A stretch of DNA of 60,446 bases from Candidatus Sericytochromatia bacterium (GTDB lineage Bacteria > Cyanobacteriota > Sericytochromatia > S15B-MN24 > VGJW01). The stretch is taken from assembly GCA_035285865.1 (NCBI GenBank), contig JAYKHS010000020.1, positions 1 to 60,446 on the forward strand, read 5' to 3'. The notes beneath the pieces are model-generated. The model ran no database searches, had not been told where the DNA came from, and was given only the letters and a program-made list of their open reading frames with translations. The position numbers and the translations under genes are program-made. Positions 44,866 to 56,043 of the stretch are shown here, one piece after another; position 1 is the first letter of the stretch, and each line of letters begins with the position of its first letter.

Positions 44866-45899
44866 TTGCTGAACCAGCGCCAGCGAGACATTCTCCGCGC
44901 CGTCGTCGATGACTACGTCTCGACGGCGGAGCCGGTCGGCTCCCGGACGTTGTCGCGCAAGTACGGTCTGGGACTGTCGCCCGCGACCATCCGCAACGCC
45001 CTCGCCGACCTCGAGGACGAGGGCCTGCTGCGCCAGCCGCATACCTCCGCGGGGCGCGTGCCTTCCGATCAGGGTTACCGGGTCTTCGTCGAGGAGTTGA
45101 TGGCGCTCTCGCCGCTCGAGCCCTCCGTTCGGGCCGACCTGCTGCGCCGGCAGGCCGAGGCCGACGATCTGCGCGACCTGTTGACCCAGACAGCCCGGCT
45201 CGCGGCCGTGCTGTCGGGATGCACCGCCATCGTCAGGGCCCCACGGCCCGCCGGGGCACGAATTCGCGCCCTGTCTCTCGTGCCCGTCACTGATCGGGAT
45301 CTCGTGCTGGTGGTGGTCTCTTCCACCGGGGCCGTCACGCATCGGCCGATCACGCTCGATGAGCCCATCGCGCCCGACGAGGTCTCGGCCTTGGCTTTGG
45401 GACTGCGGCAGCATCTTCTGGACAGGCCGCTCGATGCCCTGACGGGTCGCGTGCTCGAGAGCCTGGCCGAGCGGATGGGGCGTCATCGCGACCTGATTCG
45501 GCAGGTGCTCTGTCGGGTCGAGGCCCCCGATGATGCGGTCGTCATCGCCCAGACTGCCAATCTTGCGCGTCAGCCCGAGTTCCAGCAGCGTGTCGACGGC
45601 CTGCTCGATTTCCTCGATCGGCCTGAACGCGTCCTGCGGTGGATGCACGAGGTCCGCAGCGGTGCTCCGTCGCCGGGTGCGGTCAGTATCCGCATCGGCG
45701 GCGAGCATCGTGATCCCGAGCTTCAGGCGTGCAGTGTCGTCGCCGCATCCTATACGATAGGGGACGAAGTCGCCGGGGAGGTGGCGGTCCTCGGGCCGAC
45801 CCGCCTGGACTACGCGACGGCGGTCACGGCGGTGTCGGTCCTCGCGGCCGGCCTGTCCGAGGTGTTCGGTGCCCGGTTGTCGGGCGAGGGGAGGCAGTG

Positions 45900-45900
<1 letters not shown>
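44866..45900 (+). CDS. hrcA: Heat-inducible transcription repressor HrcA
   Basis: EPVGSR, SPATIRN, QPHTSAGRVPSDQGYR and LGPTRLDY motifs. TTG 44866 follows AAGGA. Confidence 0.96.
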
Positions 45901-48438
<2,538 letters not shown>

Positions 48439-48446
48439 ACCCACCG

Positions 48447-49571
48447 TTGCCACGCGACTGCTATGAAGTCCTCGGAGTGACCCGGTCGGCCTCCGAGGAC
48501 GACATCAAGAAGGCCTACCGCAAGCTGGCTCGCCAGTTTCATCCGGATGTCAACAAGGATCCGGACGCCGGCGAGAAGTTCAAGGAAGCCACGGAGTCCT
48601 ACGCCATCCTCTCGGACCCCGAGAAGCGCGCCCGTTACGACCAGTTCGGGCACGCCGGGGTCGAGGGGGCGGCGAGGGGTTTTGATCCCCACGCCGCGGG
48701 CTTTGGTGACCTTTCGGACATCTTCGAGGCCTTCTTCGGTGGCGGTGGTGGACGCAGGGGTGGACGTCGTGGGCCCGAGCGGGGCGCCGACGTACAGCTC
48801 GGCGTCCGGATCACTTTCGCCGAGGCCTACGCCGGAACGGAGCGGACCTTCGAGGTCGCTTCCCAAGCGCGTTGTGACACGTGCCGCGGTACGGGCGCCA
48901 AGGAAGGTTCTTCGCCCGTGACCTGTGCGACGTGCCATGGCGTGGGCCAGGTGCAGCAGACTCAGCGCACGCCCTTCGGCCATTTCGCCACGGTCGTCGG
49001 TTGTCCCGCTTGCGAGGGCGAGGGGCGGACGATTGCAGCCAAGTGCGGAACCTGCAAGGGGCAGGGCCGGACGCGGAAGACGCGCGAGATGACCATTCGC
49101 ATCCCGGCGGGTTCAGATCAGGGCTTGCGCATCCGCTCGACCGGCGACGGAGACGTGGGCCCGCGCGGTGGTCCGCCCGGCGATCTCTTCGTGCACGTCC
49201 AGGTCGAGGACGATTCCCGTTTCGTCCGCGAGGGAACCGAACTGTTCCATGAACTGCCGGTTTCGTTCCCGCAGTTGGCGCTGGGCGACGAGGTCGAGGT
49301 GCCGACCATGGAGGGCACCCAGAAGCTGGTCATCCCCGAGGGCACCCAGACCGGGACCGAGTTCGTCCTGCGTGGCCAAGGCTTTCCGGCCTTGCGCGAA
49401 GGGCGTCGGAAGGGCGATCTGCACGTGATCTTGCGGCTGGTCGTGCCGCGCAAGCTCTCGGAAGCGGAGCGTGAAGCCTTGCGTCAGTTCGACGCCGCCC
49501 ACCGCCAAGAGGCGACGAAGGAGGGCCATGGTTTCATGGACTTCCTCCGCGGGGTGCTGGGCGGGCGCTGA
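48447..49571 (+). CDS. dnaJ: Chaperone DnaJ
   Basis: HPD J-domain, G/F-rich region and four CxxCxGxG repeats. Confidence 0.98.
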   Translation: MPRDCYEVLGVTRSASEDDIKKAYRKLARQFHPDVNKDPDAGEKFKEATESYAILSDPEKRARYDQFGHAGVEGAARGFDPHAAGFGDLSDIFEAFFGGGGGRRGGRRGPERGADVQLGVRITFAEAYAGTERTFEVASQARCDTCRGTGAKEGSSPVTCATCHGVGQVQQTQRTPFGHFATVVGCPACEGEGRTIAAKCGTCKGQGRTRKTREMTIRIPAGSDQGLRIRSTGDGDVGPRGGPPGDLFVHVQVEDDSRFVREGTELFHELPVSFPQLALGDEVEVPTMEGTQKLVIPEGTQTGTEFVLRGQGFPALREGRRKGDLHVILRLVVPRKLSEAEREALRQFDAAHRQEATKEGHGFMDFLRGVLGGR

Positions 49572-49581
49572 AGCCCGACGC

Positions 49582-51372
49582 TCAAGGACTTCCGGCGAGC
49601 CCTGCCGCCTGGCGGCAGCGTCCGATCTCGGCTTCTATGTCCGCAAGAATCTGACGGGTGCGCGTCACTTCGCCGGACCGATCGGGTTCTGGTGTGATCG
49701 GGCGACGGCCAAACCACGCAAAGCTCCAGCCGGACGCTCGAGGCGCCGGCGCCGGAGCCTGCAGGTCCTCCAGTTCCCGGCGCAGTTCCTCTGCCCGGCG
49801 CGTCAACTGGTCGGCGCGGGTCGCCAGCAGGGCGCGCCGAGAAGCGTCCTCGGCACGCCTTGCCTGCAGCAGTTGCCAAGCCTCGCCCTGCTGGTGTGCC
49901 TCGTCCGTGAGCATCGCCCGACGTTCTGCGGGCAGCACGGACCAGAGGCACCGCAGCCCTTCTCTCAAGGCTTCGCCCTCCGGGCTTCGCGCCAGCACGC
50001 GCTCCATGCCCTGCCACAGCAGCGGAGCCTCGGCATCGGCAGCGAGTGGGGCATCCGGCAGGCGCGTCAGCAGGGCGGCCCATTCGGGGCCGTGCGGGCC
50101 GAGATCGGCCTCGAGGCAGGCAATGGCCCGTGCTCCGCGCCCTAGCCGGTCGAGGCGCTCGGCACGGCGGGGTGACTCCTGCCGCAGGGCATCCCGCAGG
50201 ATACCGGCCACCATCGGAGCCAGCACGAGGTGACCCGCGTCGTCGTGGTCGAGGGCTTCGGCGTGGGTCGTCAGCCAAGCGAAGGCCGATCGGGCCTCAT
50301 CGGGGTCCTCGAGCCCGATTTCCAGAGCGTCGAGGCTGATGGGCCCCAGGAAGGCGGCGGTTTCCATCCACCGTACGCCTTCTTCCGTTTTCCACCACCG
50401 GATGCGTCGTGCCGCCTGCTGCAGCGCGAGACCGCGCCCATTGCCGTCCGTGTCACACCAAAGCGCGAGCAGGAAGGGCAGGCCGCCCGAGGCTTCCAAG
50501 GCTTCGTCGGCGCGCAGAGGGTCCAGGCCCCGCGCCTCGAGGTAGGCCGCGACTTCTTCTTGTCCGAAGTGGGCGAGGTCGACTTCTCGGGTCTGATGGG
50601 CGTGGACGTCCCAGCGACGCAGGGGATCGGTATCCTTCAGGCGTTGGCGGCCGCAGACCAGCAGGCGCAGGTCGATCCCGGAGCCCGGGGCGTCGAGCGT
50701 GGGCAGGCACCATGCCAGCAGCCAGTGGCCGAGCGCGGGGTGGAGGGCTTCGTGGCTGTCGAGGACCAGCAGCACGCGGGCCGGTGCCTGGGGCACCGGC
50801 GCTTGCAAAAGGCGCTCCCAGCCCTGTTGCGGCCGCAGGCCTTCGCGCAGGTCTTCCCGCAGGGCCGTCGCGAGCGCACGCATCGGGTAGAGCAGCAGGT
50901 CCTGCTCCTCGCGGTCCCTCGTCCATGCGTGAACGGCGGCCTCATAGGCCATCCGCTGCCGTCCGTCCGGGGCGGGACCCGTCTCGGGGCCAGCCTCGAG
51001 GCGTTCGTCGATCCCGCTCAACAAGCCCTCGGGGGCATGGCTGTCCAGCAGGCGGCCCCGCAGCCGACGGATGATCTGAATGGCGTGGCGCAGGCGCGCG
51101 AAGCGTGGCACGGGCAAGTCGCGGGGGGGGGCCGTGCGGTCCGCGAGGAACTCGAGGGCGTCCAGCAGGCCCATCCGGCCGCCGGTCTCGTCCAGCGTCA
51201 TGCGGGCCGTTTCCGGCGCCATCTGTTCCAAGCGCTCGAGAACGACTTCCTTCAGGGTGGTCTTGCCGATGCCGCCGGGCCCATGCAGGTTGATGAACCG
51301 CTTCGCCGGCGGACCGGCAAGATCCCGGGCGATGGTGTCGAGGACCTGTTCGCGACCGATGAAAAGGCGCAT
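49582..51372 (-). CDS. STAND-like P-loop ATPase (AAA_16/NACHT-like) with C-terminal coiled coil
   Basis: FIGRE, GPGGIGKTT (Walker A), LLVLDSHE (Walker B), VCGR (sensor) and GGLP (GxP motif). Confidence 0.78.
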   Translation of the reverse strand: MRLFIGREQVLDTIARDLAGPPAKRFINLHGPGGIGKTTLKEVVLERLEQMAPETARMTLDETGGRMGLLDALEFLADRTAPPRDLPVPRFARLRHAIQIIRRLRGRLLDSHAPEGLLSGIDERLEAGPETGPAPDGRQRMAYEAAVHAWTRDREEQDLLLYPMRALATALREDLREGLRPQQGWERLLQAPVPQAPARVLLVLDSHEALHPALGHWLLAWCLPTLDAPGSGIDLRLLVCGRQRLKDTDPLRRWDVHAHQTREVDLAHFGQEEVAAYLEARGLDPLRADEALEASGGLPFLLALWCDTDGNGRGLALQQAARRIRWWKTEEGVRWMETAAFLGPISLDALEIGLEDPDEARSAFAWLTTHAEALDHDDAGHLVLAPMVAGILRDALRQESPRRAERLDRLGRGARAIACLEADLGPHGPEWAALLTRLPDAPLAADAEAPLLWQGMERVLARSPEGEALREGLRCLWSVLPAERRAMLTDEAHQQGEAWQLLQARRAEDASRRALLATRADQLTRRAEELRRELEDLQAPAPAPRASGWSFAWFGRRPITPEPDRSGEVTRTRQILADIEAEIGRCRQAAGLAGSP

Positions 51373-51411
51373 GCTGTCGACGTTAAGGCCGTCAGGCAGT
51401 CGAGGTCAAGG

Positions 51412-52026
51412 TTGCCGGTGCTTGGTTCGTTGCGTTCGTGGACCGTGGTGGGGCTCGCCGCGATGCTTGGGGCAGCTTGCGCGCGGGCTCCAGATCGCTA
51501 TGTTGCCGAGATCGAGGTGGCGGTGCCCGGGGCCGAGGTCGGCCGACGGGTCGCGTTGGCCGTGCGGGACGGCATATGGCGCGTGGATTTCCGCGATGCG
51601 CAGGGAAGCTTCGCGCTGGGCTGGCGTGGGCGTGCGCGTTGGGTCCTCTGTGCGGGCGGCCTCACGCGTCAGATGGACCTGGACCCCGTGATTCGGCGTC
51701 ATGCCTTGCCCGATCCGGGGGATCTCGCAACCGTGCCCTTTGCATCCAGCGCGTGGATGGAGACGGCTCGAGAAATTGATGTGCCGGCCGAAATCGCCGG
51801 GACGGCCTGCCGGATGTGGCAACGCGACTCCTCCGGCTCGATCGAACGCTTCTGGCTGGGGGTGTCCGATGGCGTGCCGAGGCGCTACGAGCGTTCGGAC
51901 CCGTCCGGTGCGATGCTGGCTCGCCTCGATTGGCATGATGTGGCGCTCGGGGGCGATCTGCCGGACGCCAGTTTCTCCGTACCCGCAGGCAGCGTGGGGC
52001 TTCCCGCTGTTCCGGCCGGCATCTGA
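51412..52026 (+). CDS. Lipoprotein with LolA/DUF4412-like beta fold
   Basis: Lipobox GAAC; EIAGTAC, RFWL...GVPRR and LPDASFSVP motifs typical of LolA-like proteins. Start uncertain. Confidence 0.6.
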   Translation: MPVLGSLRSWTVVGLAAMLGAACARAPDRYVAEIEVAVPGAEVGRRVALAVRDGIWRVDFRDAQGSFALGWRGRARWVLCAGGLTRQMDLDPVIRRHALPDPGDLATVPFASSAWMETAREIDVPAEIAGTACRMWQRDSSGSIERFWLGVSDGVPRRYERSDPSGAMLARLDWHDVALGGDLPDASFSVPAGSVGLPAVPAGI

Positions 52027-52089
52027 TCGGGCCGAGCTTCATGCTTGGTGGGATCTGGTGCCGAAGATGTTGTATGGGTTTTCGGAGAA

Positions 52090-52149
52090 AATTTAGACAA
52101 AACATTGACAAGCAGGCAGAAGGGAGGTTGTCTAATCTTTGTATGGCCC
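52090..52149. promoter_or_regulatory. Repeat-rich operator/promoter upstream of rhodopsin (CarH/LitR-like 11-bp repeats)
   Basis: AATTTAGACAA-AACATTGACAA direct repeats, plus inverted copies TTGTCTAATCT-TTGTATGGCCC. Includes TTGACA at 52105-10. Confidence 0.5.
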
Positions 52150-52175
52150 TCGCTACGCAATAGGAGTTGTCGCTC

Positions 52176-52961
52176 TTGAACGTCTTACCCACCCTTACGG
52201 CGGACCAGTTCTCACTGGTTTACAACGTCCTGAGCTTCACCATCGCCACGATGGGGGCCGCTTTCCTGTTCTTCGTCCTCGGGCGGCAGCAGGTCGGGGT
52301 CCGCTATCGCCCGGCCTTGCTCGTGTCTGCTCTGGTCGTGGCCATCGCCTGCTACCACTACTTCCGAATCTTCGACAGTTTCGAAGCGGCTTACTCCCTG
52401 GTGGACGGGGCCTACCAGCCCAGCGGCAAGCCGTTCAACGATGCTTACCGCTACGTCGATTGGCTGCTGACCGTGCCGCTGCTGCTGGTCGAACTGGTCG
52501 CCGTCCTGCAGTTGGCGAGGGCGGAAAGCGGGCCGATGCTGCGTAATCTCGCGATTGCTGCCGTGCTGATGATCGGTCTGGGTTATCCCGGCGAGATCGA
52601 GCACAAAGACATGATGGTCCGGGGCGTCTGGGGTGCACTGAGTAGCATTCCCTTTGTCTATATCCTGTACGTGCTGTGGGCGCGCCTCGGCGAGGCCGTC
52701 AAGGATCAGAGCGAGCGGGTGCAGAAGCTTCTGGGTAGCACGCGTCTGCTGCTGCTGGCCACGTGGGGTGTCTATCCCATCACGTACCTCCTGCCCCAGC
52801 TGGGCGTCGACACCCAGGCGGCTACGGTCGGCATCCAGGTCGGCTACGCGTTGGCCGATGTCGCCGCCAAGGCGGGATATGGCTTGTTGATCTATGCCAT
52901 CGCCCGGGCGAAGTCCGAGGCGGACGGCAGCGCACCGGAGCTTGCGGCTCAGGCTGCCTGA
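52176..52961 (+). CDS. Xanthorhodopsin/Gloeobacter-rhodopsin-clade light-driven proton pump (DTE)
   Basis: Seven TM helices; YHY (His), FNDAYRYVDWLLTVPLLLVE (D-T-E), WG in helix E and DVAAK (retinal Lys). SD AGGAG at 52162-66 precedes TTG 52176. Confidence 0.95.
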   Translation: MNVLPTLTADQFSLVYNVLSFTIATMGAAFLFFVLGRQQVGVRYRPALLVSALVVAIACYHYFRIFDSFEAAYSLVDGAYQPSGKPFNDAYRYVDWLLTVPLLLVELVAVLQLARAESGPMLRNLAIAAVLMIGLGYPGEIEHKDMMVRGVWGALSSIPFVYILYVLWARLGEAVKDQSERVQKLLGSTRLLLLATWGVYPITYLLPQLGVDTQAATVGIQVGYALADVAAKAGYGLLIYAIARAKSEADGSAPELAAQAA

Positions 52962-52967
52962 CTCGGC

Positions 52968-53010
52968 GGTCCGGGTCCCTGCGCCGTGCGGGGATCCGGA
53001 CCATGTTTTT
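52968..53010 (+). terminator. Intrinsic terminator after rhodopsin
   Basis: GC-rich stem GGTCCGG.../...CCGGACC (52968-53002) followed by ATGTTTTT. Confidence 0.65.
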
Positions 53011-53025
53011 GGGAAGGAGATACAC

Positions 53026-53262
53026 GTGAGTCTGGGAAGCGGGTGGATGCGCGTTCCTGCCGGCCTCGTCGTCGGTGCGGCTCTGGGGGCCGCCTTCGGT
53101 GCGGTGTTCGGTTGGATGGCTTCCTGGTTCGCCATGGGGCCGGATCCTTGGCAGGGTGTGCGTGAAACGGCTCCATGGTTTGCCGCGGTGTTTGCGATTG
53201 GCGGATTCCTGATTGGGCTGGAGGGTGACGCGCTGGTGGCCGTCAGGCGCCGGGTCGATTAG
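53026..53262 (+). CDS. Small two-TM membrane protein (78 aa), Gly-zipper-like
   Basis: SD AAGGAG precedes GTG 53026; GxxxGxxxGxxxG helix and a second hydrophobic helix. Confidence 0.7.
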   Translation: MSLGSGWMRVPAGLVVGAALGAAFGAVFGWMASWFAMGPDPWQGVRETAPWFAAVFAIGGFLIGLEGDALVAVRRRVD

Positions 53263-53264
53263 CT

Positions 53265-53306
53265 TTTGACCCCACGGACCTTGGTCAGTCGATCCGTGGG
53301 GTCAAA
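53265..53306. repeat. Perfect 14-bp inverted repeat (terminator or REP-like palindrome)
   Basis: TTTGACCCCACGGA (53265-78) pairs with TCCGTGGGGTCAAA (53293-306). Confidence 0.7.
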
Positions 53307-53545
53307 GGGTTGCCCACTGGGGCTGTCCTGTCTCTGACGGCTGGTTGCCAAGGCACAAGCACCAGATCCGGGGGTTTGCAGGACGACAACTTCGAATGCA
53401 GGCCCTGTATCGCCTGGATAGCGTCTGCAGCGCGACGACAGGTCGCCTGACTGCAATCCTTGGAACCCGCATTCAGTCGGCTTTCGCCGTCGGGCGTGCG
53501 CCCGGTCATCGATCCGGAAACCGAAAGAACGGAAGATCGGGGGCG

Positions 53546-54253
53546 ATGCACGACCTGCCCTTGCTCAAAGCCACGTTCCGTACGTGCGGCCAGCGCCTCC
53601 AGCAGACCCGCAACGTGGGCGAAGGCGATGGGTGGGACGATCTGTACGTCGTCGTCGACTACGCCGCCTTCGCGCTGGGGCGCGAGTTGCCCGAACTGCC
53701 CTGTCGCGCAGGATGCGCGGGTTGCTGTCGAAGCAAGGCCCTTTTTCAGGTGACGGCACGGGAGTGGGAGCTGGTGCGCCGGGTTCTGGACGGATGGCCA
53801 GAGGAGCGTCGGCTGGCCTTGGCCACGCTGGTCGTCGCCCGGCATGCTCGGGACCGCGTCGAACTCGAGCGGTTGACGGCGGCCTGGGAGGAGGCAGGCA
53901 TCGGGGCGCGCATCCCGGTGCCGGACACCTTGCAGGATGCCTGCCCGCTACTCGGGGAGGACGACATGTGCACGGTCTACGAGGCACGGCCGCTGGTCTG
54001 TCGCGCCTACGGGGCATTCTCGGTCACGATCGACGAGCGTCCCCGGGTCATGATCTGTCGCGAGTACGGGCCGGACTTCCTGCAGGTCCTTCACGACGCG
54101 GACATGCCGGAGCTGCCCTTGCCGGTGTACGAGCGCTACGTGGCACGCCTGGGGGCCCTGCAGCCTCCGGGCCCGTTGCGCCCCATGGCGCTCTGGTTGC
54201 TCGATTGGGCAGACCGTTCCCTGCTGGCCGGAGGCGAGGGGGCCGAAGCTTAG
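53546..54253 (+). CDS. YkgJ/FliB-like cysteine-cluster (CxxxCxxCC) protein
   Basis: CRAGCAGCC and CPLL...CTVYEARPLVCRAYG motifs. Confidence 0.88.
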   Translation: MHDLPLLKATFRTCGQRLQQTRNVGEGDGWDDLYVVVDYAAFALGRELPELPCRAGCAGCCRSKALFQVTAREWELVRRVLDGWPEERRLALATLVVARHARDRVELERLTAAWEEAGIGARIPVPDTLQDACPLLGEDDMCTVYEARPLVCRAYGAFSVTIDERPRVMICREYGPDFLQVLHDADMPELPLPVYERYVARLGALQPPGPLRPMALWLLDWADRSLLAGGEGAEA

Positions 54254-54261
54254 CAGGCCCC

Positions 54262-54306
54262 TTGACGAACGTTTGTTCGTGCTCTAGTGTGCGAGAACAA
54301 GCGTTC
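54262..54306 (+). promoter_or_regulatory. Sigma70 promoter with two LexA (Cheo-type SOS) boxes
   Basis: TTGACG 54262-67, 17 bp, TAGTGT 54285-90. GAAC-GTTT-GTTC at 54267-78 and GAAC-AAGC-GTTC at 54295-306. Confidence 0.85.
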
Positions 54307-54321
54307 GAAAGCGGGGTTGCC

Positions 54322-54657
54322 GTGGAAGGTCAAGTGCTCTGGGACAGGCGCGGGAGCGATGCGCAGATGACGCGCGAGGCTTTCCGTTTCCTGCAAGAGG
54401 TCATCCACAGGACCTCGGCCCGGGTGGCGGCGTGCCTCCGGCGGTGTCGGATGATTCTGGGCGGAACCGGCCTTTGGCTCGAGTGCGCGCCGGAGGACTT
54501 CTTCCTGCTGAACTTGATGCGCGAGGGGCTCGATGGTGCGGTACGTGCGGTCTTCGGGGGGCAGTACGCCCTGCAGTTGGCTGCCGTACCGCTCGTTCCC
54601 GCACGTCGCCAAGCCTGTTCGGCGCGGTCCACTCGGTCGTTTCGCCGGGCAAGCTGA
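54322..54657 (+). CDS. Small putative SOS-inducible protein, DnaA domain-I/KH-like pattern
   Basis: 111 aa frame directly after the SOS promoter (alternative ATG 54367). Ends 2 nt from the convergent scpB stop. Confidence 0.65.
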   Translation: MEGQVLWDRRGSDAQMTREAFRFLQEVIHRTSARVAACLRRCRMILGGTGLWLECAPEDFFLLNLMREGLDGAVRAVFGGQYALQLAAVPLVPARRQACSARSTRSFRRAS

Positions 54658-54659
54658 GG

Positions 54660-55268
54660 TCAGTCGGCTTCCGCAGGGGCCGATTCCGGCTCGTTCGACG
54701 ACGCCGTGGGTTCCGGGTCCGTCACGGACCCCACGGGCCAATGTAGGGTGGTCTGGCCCTGAATCTGGGCCAATTTGTCCTTGTCGATCCGGAAGTAGTC
54801 GCCGAATCGGGGGCCCAGCTCGAGGAGGGCGCTGTTGCCCTGTGGGGTCTTGCGGACCAGGCCGCGCTCAACCAGGTCCCGGATGTGGTCATAGGCGCCC
54901 GAGCCCCTGACGTCCACGACATCGCGCTGCAGGACGGGCTGCCGCATGGCGATGAAGGTCAGCGTCTTCAGGACTGCCTGAGCCAGGTCGCTGGGCAGCA
55001 GTCGTTCCACGACGGGCTGATAGGCGCCTTTGACCTGCATGATCCAGCCCTCTTCCGATCGGGCCACTTCCAGCCCGCTGTCGGGATTTCCTTCGTGGCG
55101 CTGCACCAAGGCAACCAGACCCTCGAGGCAGGCCTTGCGGGAGACGTCCAGCAGCTCGCACAAGGCATCCAGAGTCAGAGGCTGGGCGGTCGTGAAGAGC
55201 GCTGCCTCGAGCATCGCCTGCAGCGGTCCGGGGCCGCTGGCCGACTTAGGCTGCGGCCTCTTGGCCAT
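54660..55268 (-). CDS. scpB: SMC-Scp complex subunit ScpB
   Basis: LEAALF, LKTLTFIAMRQPV, VRG and FGDYF motifs. Confidence 0.94.
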   Translation of the reverse strand: MAKRPQPKSASGPGPLQAMLEAALFTTAQPLTLDALCELLDVSRKACLEGLVALVQRHEGNPDSGLEVARSEEGWIMQVKGAYQPVVERLLPSDLAQAVLKTLTFIAMRQPVLQRDVVDVRGSGAYDHIRDLVERGLVRKTPQGNSALLELGPRFGDYFRIDKDKLAQIQGQTTLHWPVGSVTDPEPTASSNEPESAPAEAD

Positions 55269-56043
55269 GATTCTCCGGGCGGGCTTCGTGGGCGAGGATG
55301 GTCAGGTCTTCGTAGGGTTCCGCCTGGGCGACCTCGACCACGCCCCAGTGCGCGAGGAACATCAGGGCGAGGAAGATCGACGGCGTTTCCTTGTGGTCGC
55401 TTGCGAGGCTGCGGAAGGAAATTTCGGGCCGTGTCAGGAACTGGTCGACGAGGCGTTCCGCGAGGCGCTTGGCGTCCCCGTCGAGGTCCTCGTCGTGAAC
55501 CAGGCCGACGGTTCGGGCCTTGATATCGGCGCGGCGCATGCGTCGCAGGGTCCCCGGCCGAGCAGGCTCGGGCAATTCTTCCGATTCGAGGCGCCGCAGC
55601 TCCTCGATGAGCTCGTTCAGCGTGACCTTGCGCCGGCGCGGTTGCCGGAAGCCCGCGCGTCGCAGCAGTGTCATGTCGATGATGATGGGACCGTCGCCTT
55701 CGCCCTGGTCGAAGTCTTCCGTGCCATCGAACCAGTCGTCGTCATCCGCCGGTGGAGCCAGCCATGACTCCAGGTCGCTGCGGATGGCCTGAGCCTTCAG
55801 GCGCAGCATCACCGTTGCGCAGTGCAGGGCCTTGCCGCACGAACGCAGGTCCTGACGGTCCGTGGCGTCCAGCCGGGCCAAGACGAGGTCGGTGGCCGTG
55901 ATGATGTCCACGTCCCATGGGTCCAGTTCGCCACGCTGGGCCATCGCCAACAGGATTTCGATGCCCGGGTTCTCTGCGGCTTCCGCGGCATGCGGGGGCA
56001 GTGTTCCGGGATCGAGCTCCGGGTGGTTCATGGAGTCGCTCAT
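55246..56043 (-). CDS. scpA: Segregation/condensation kleisin ScpA
   Basis: ELDPWDVDI, LRLKA, VTLNELI and IFLALMFL...QAEPY motifs. Confidence 0.92.
   Translation of the reverse strand: MSDSMNHPELDPGTLPPHAAEAAENPGIEILLAMAQRGELDPWDVDIITATDLVLARLDATDRQDLRSCGKALHCATVMLRLKAQAIRSDLESWLAPPADDDDWFDGTEDFDQGEGDGPIIIDMTLLRRAGFRQPRRRKVTLNELIEELRRLESEELPEPARPGTLRRMRRADIKARTVGLVHDEDLDGDAKRLAERLVDQFLTRPEISFRSLASDHKETPSIFLALMFLAHWGVVEVAQAEPYEDLTILAHEARPENHGQEAAA

Noticed and set aside
50230..51411. N-terminal ~390 aa of the 598 aa plus-strand ORF
   Set aside because: Antisense to the STAND ATPase; the real gene appears to start at the signal peptide near 51412.
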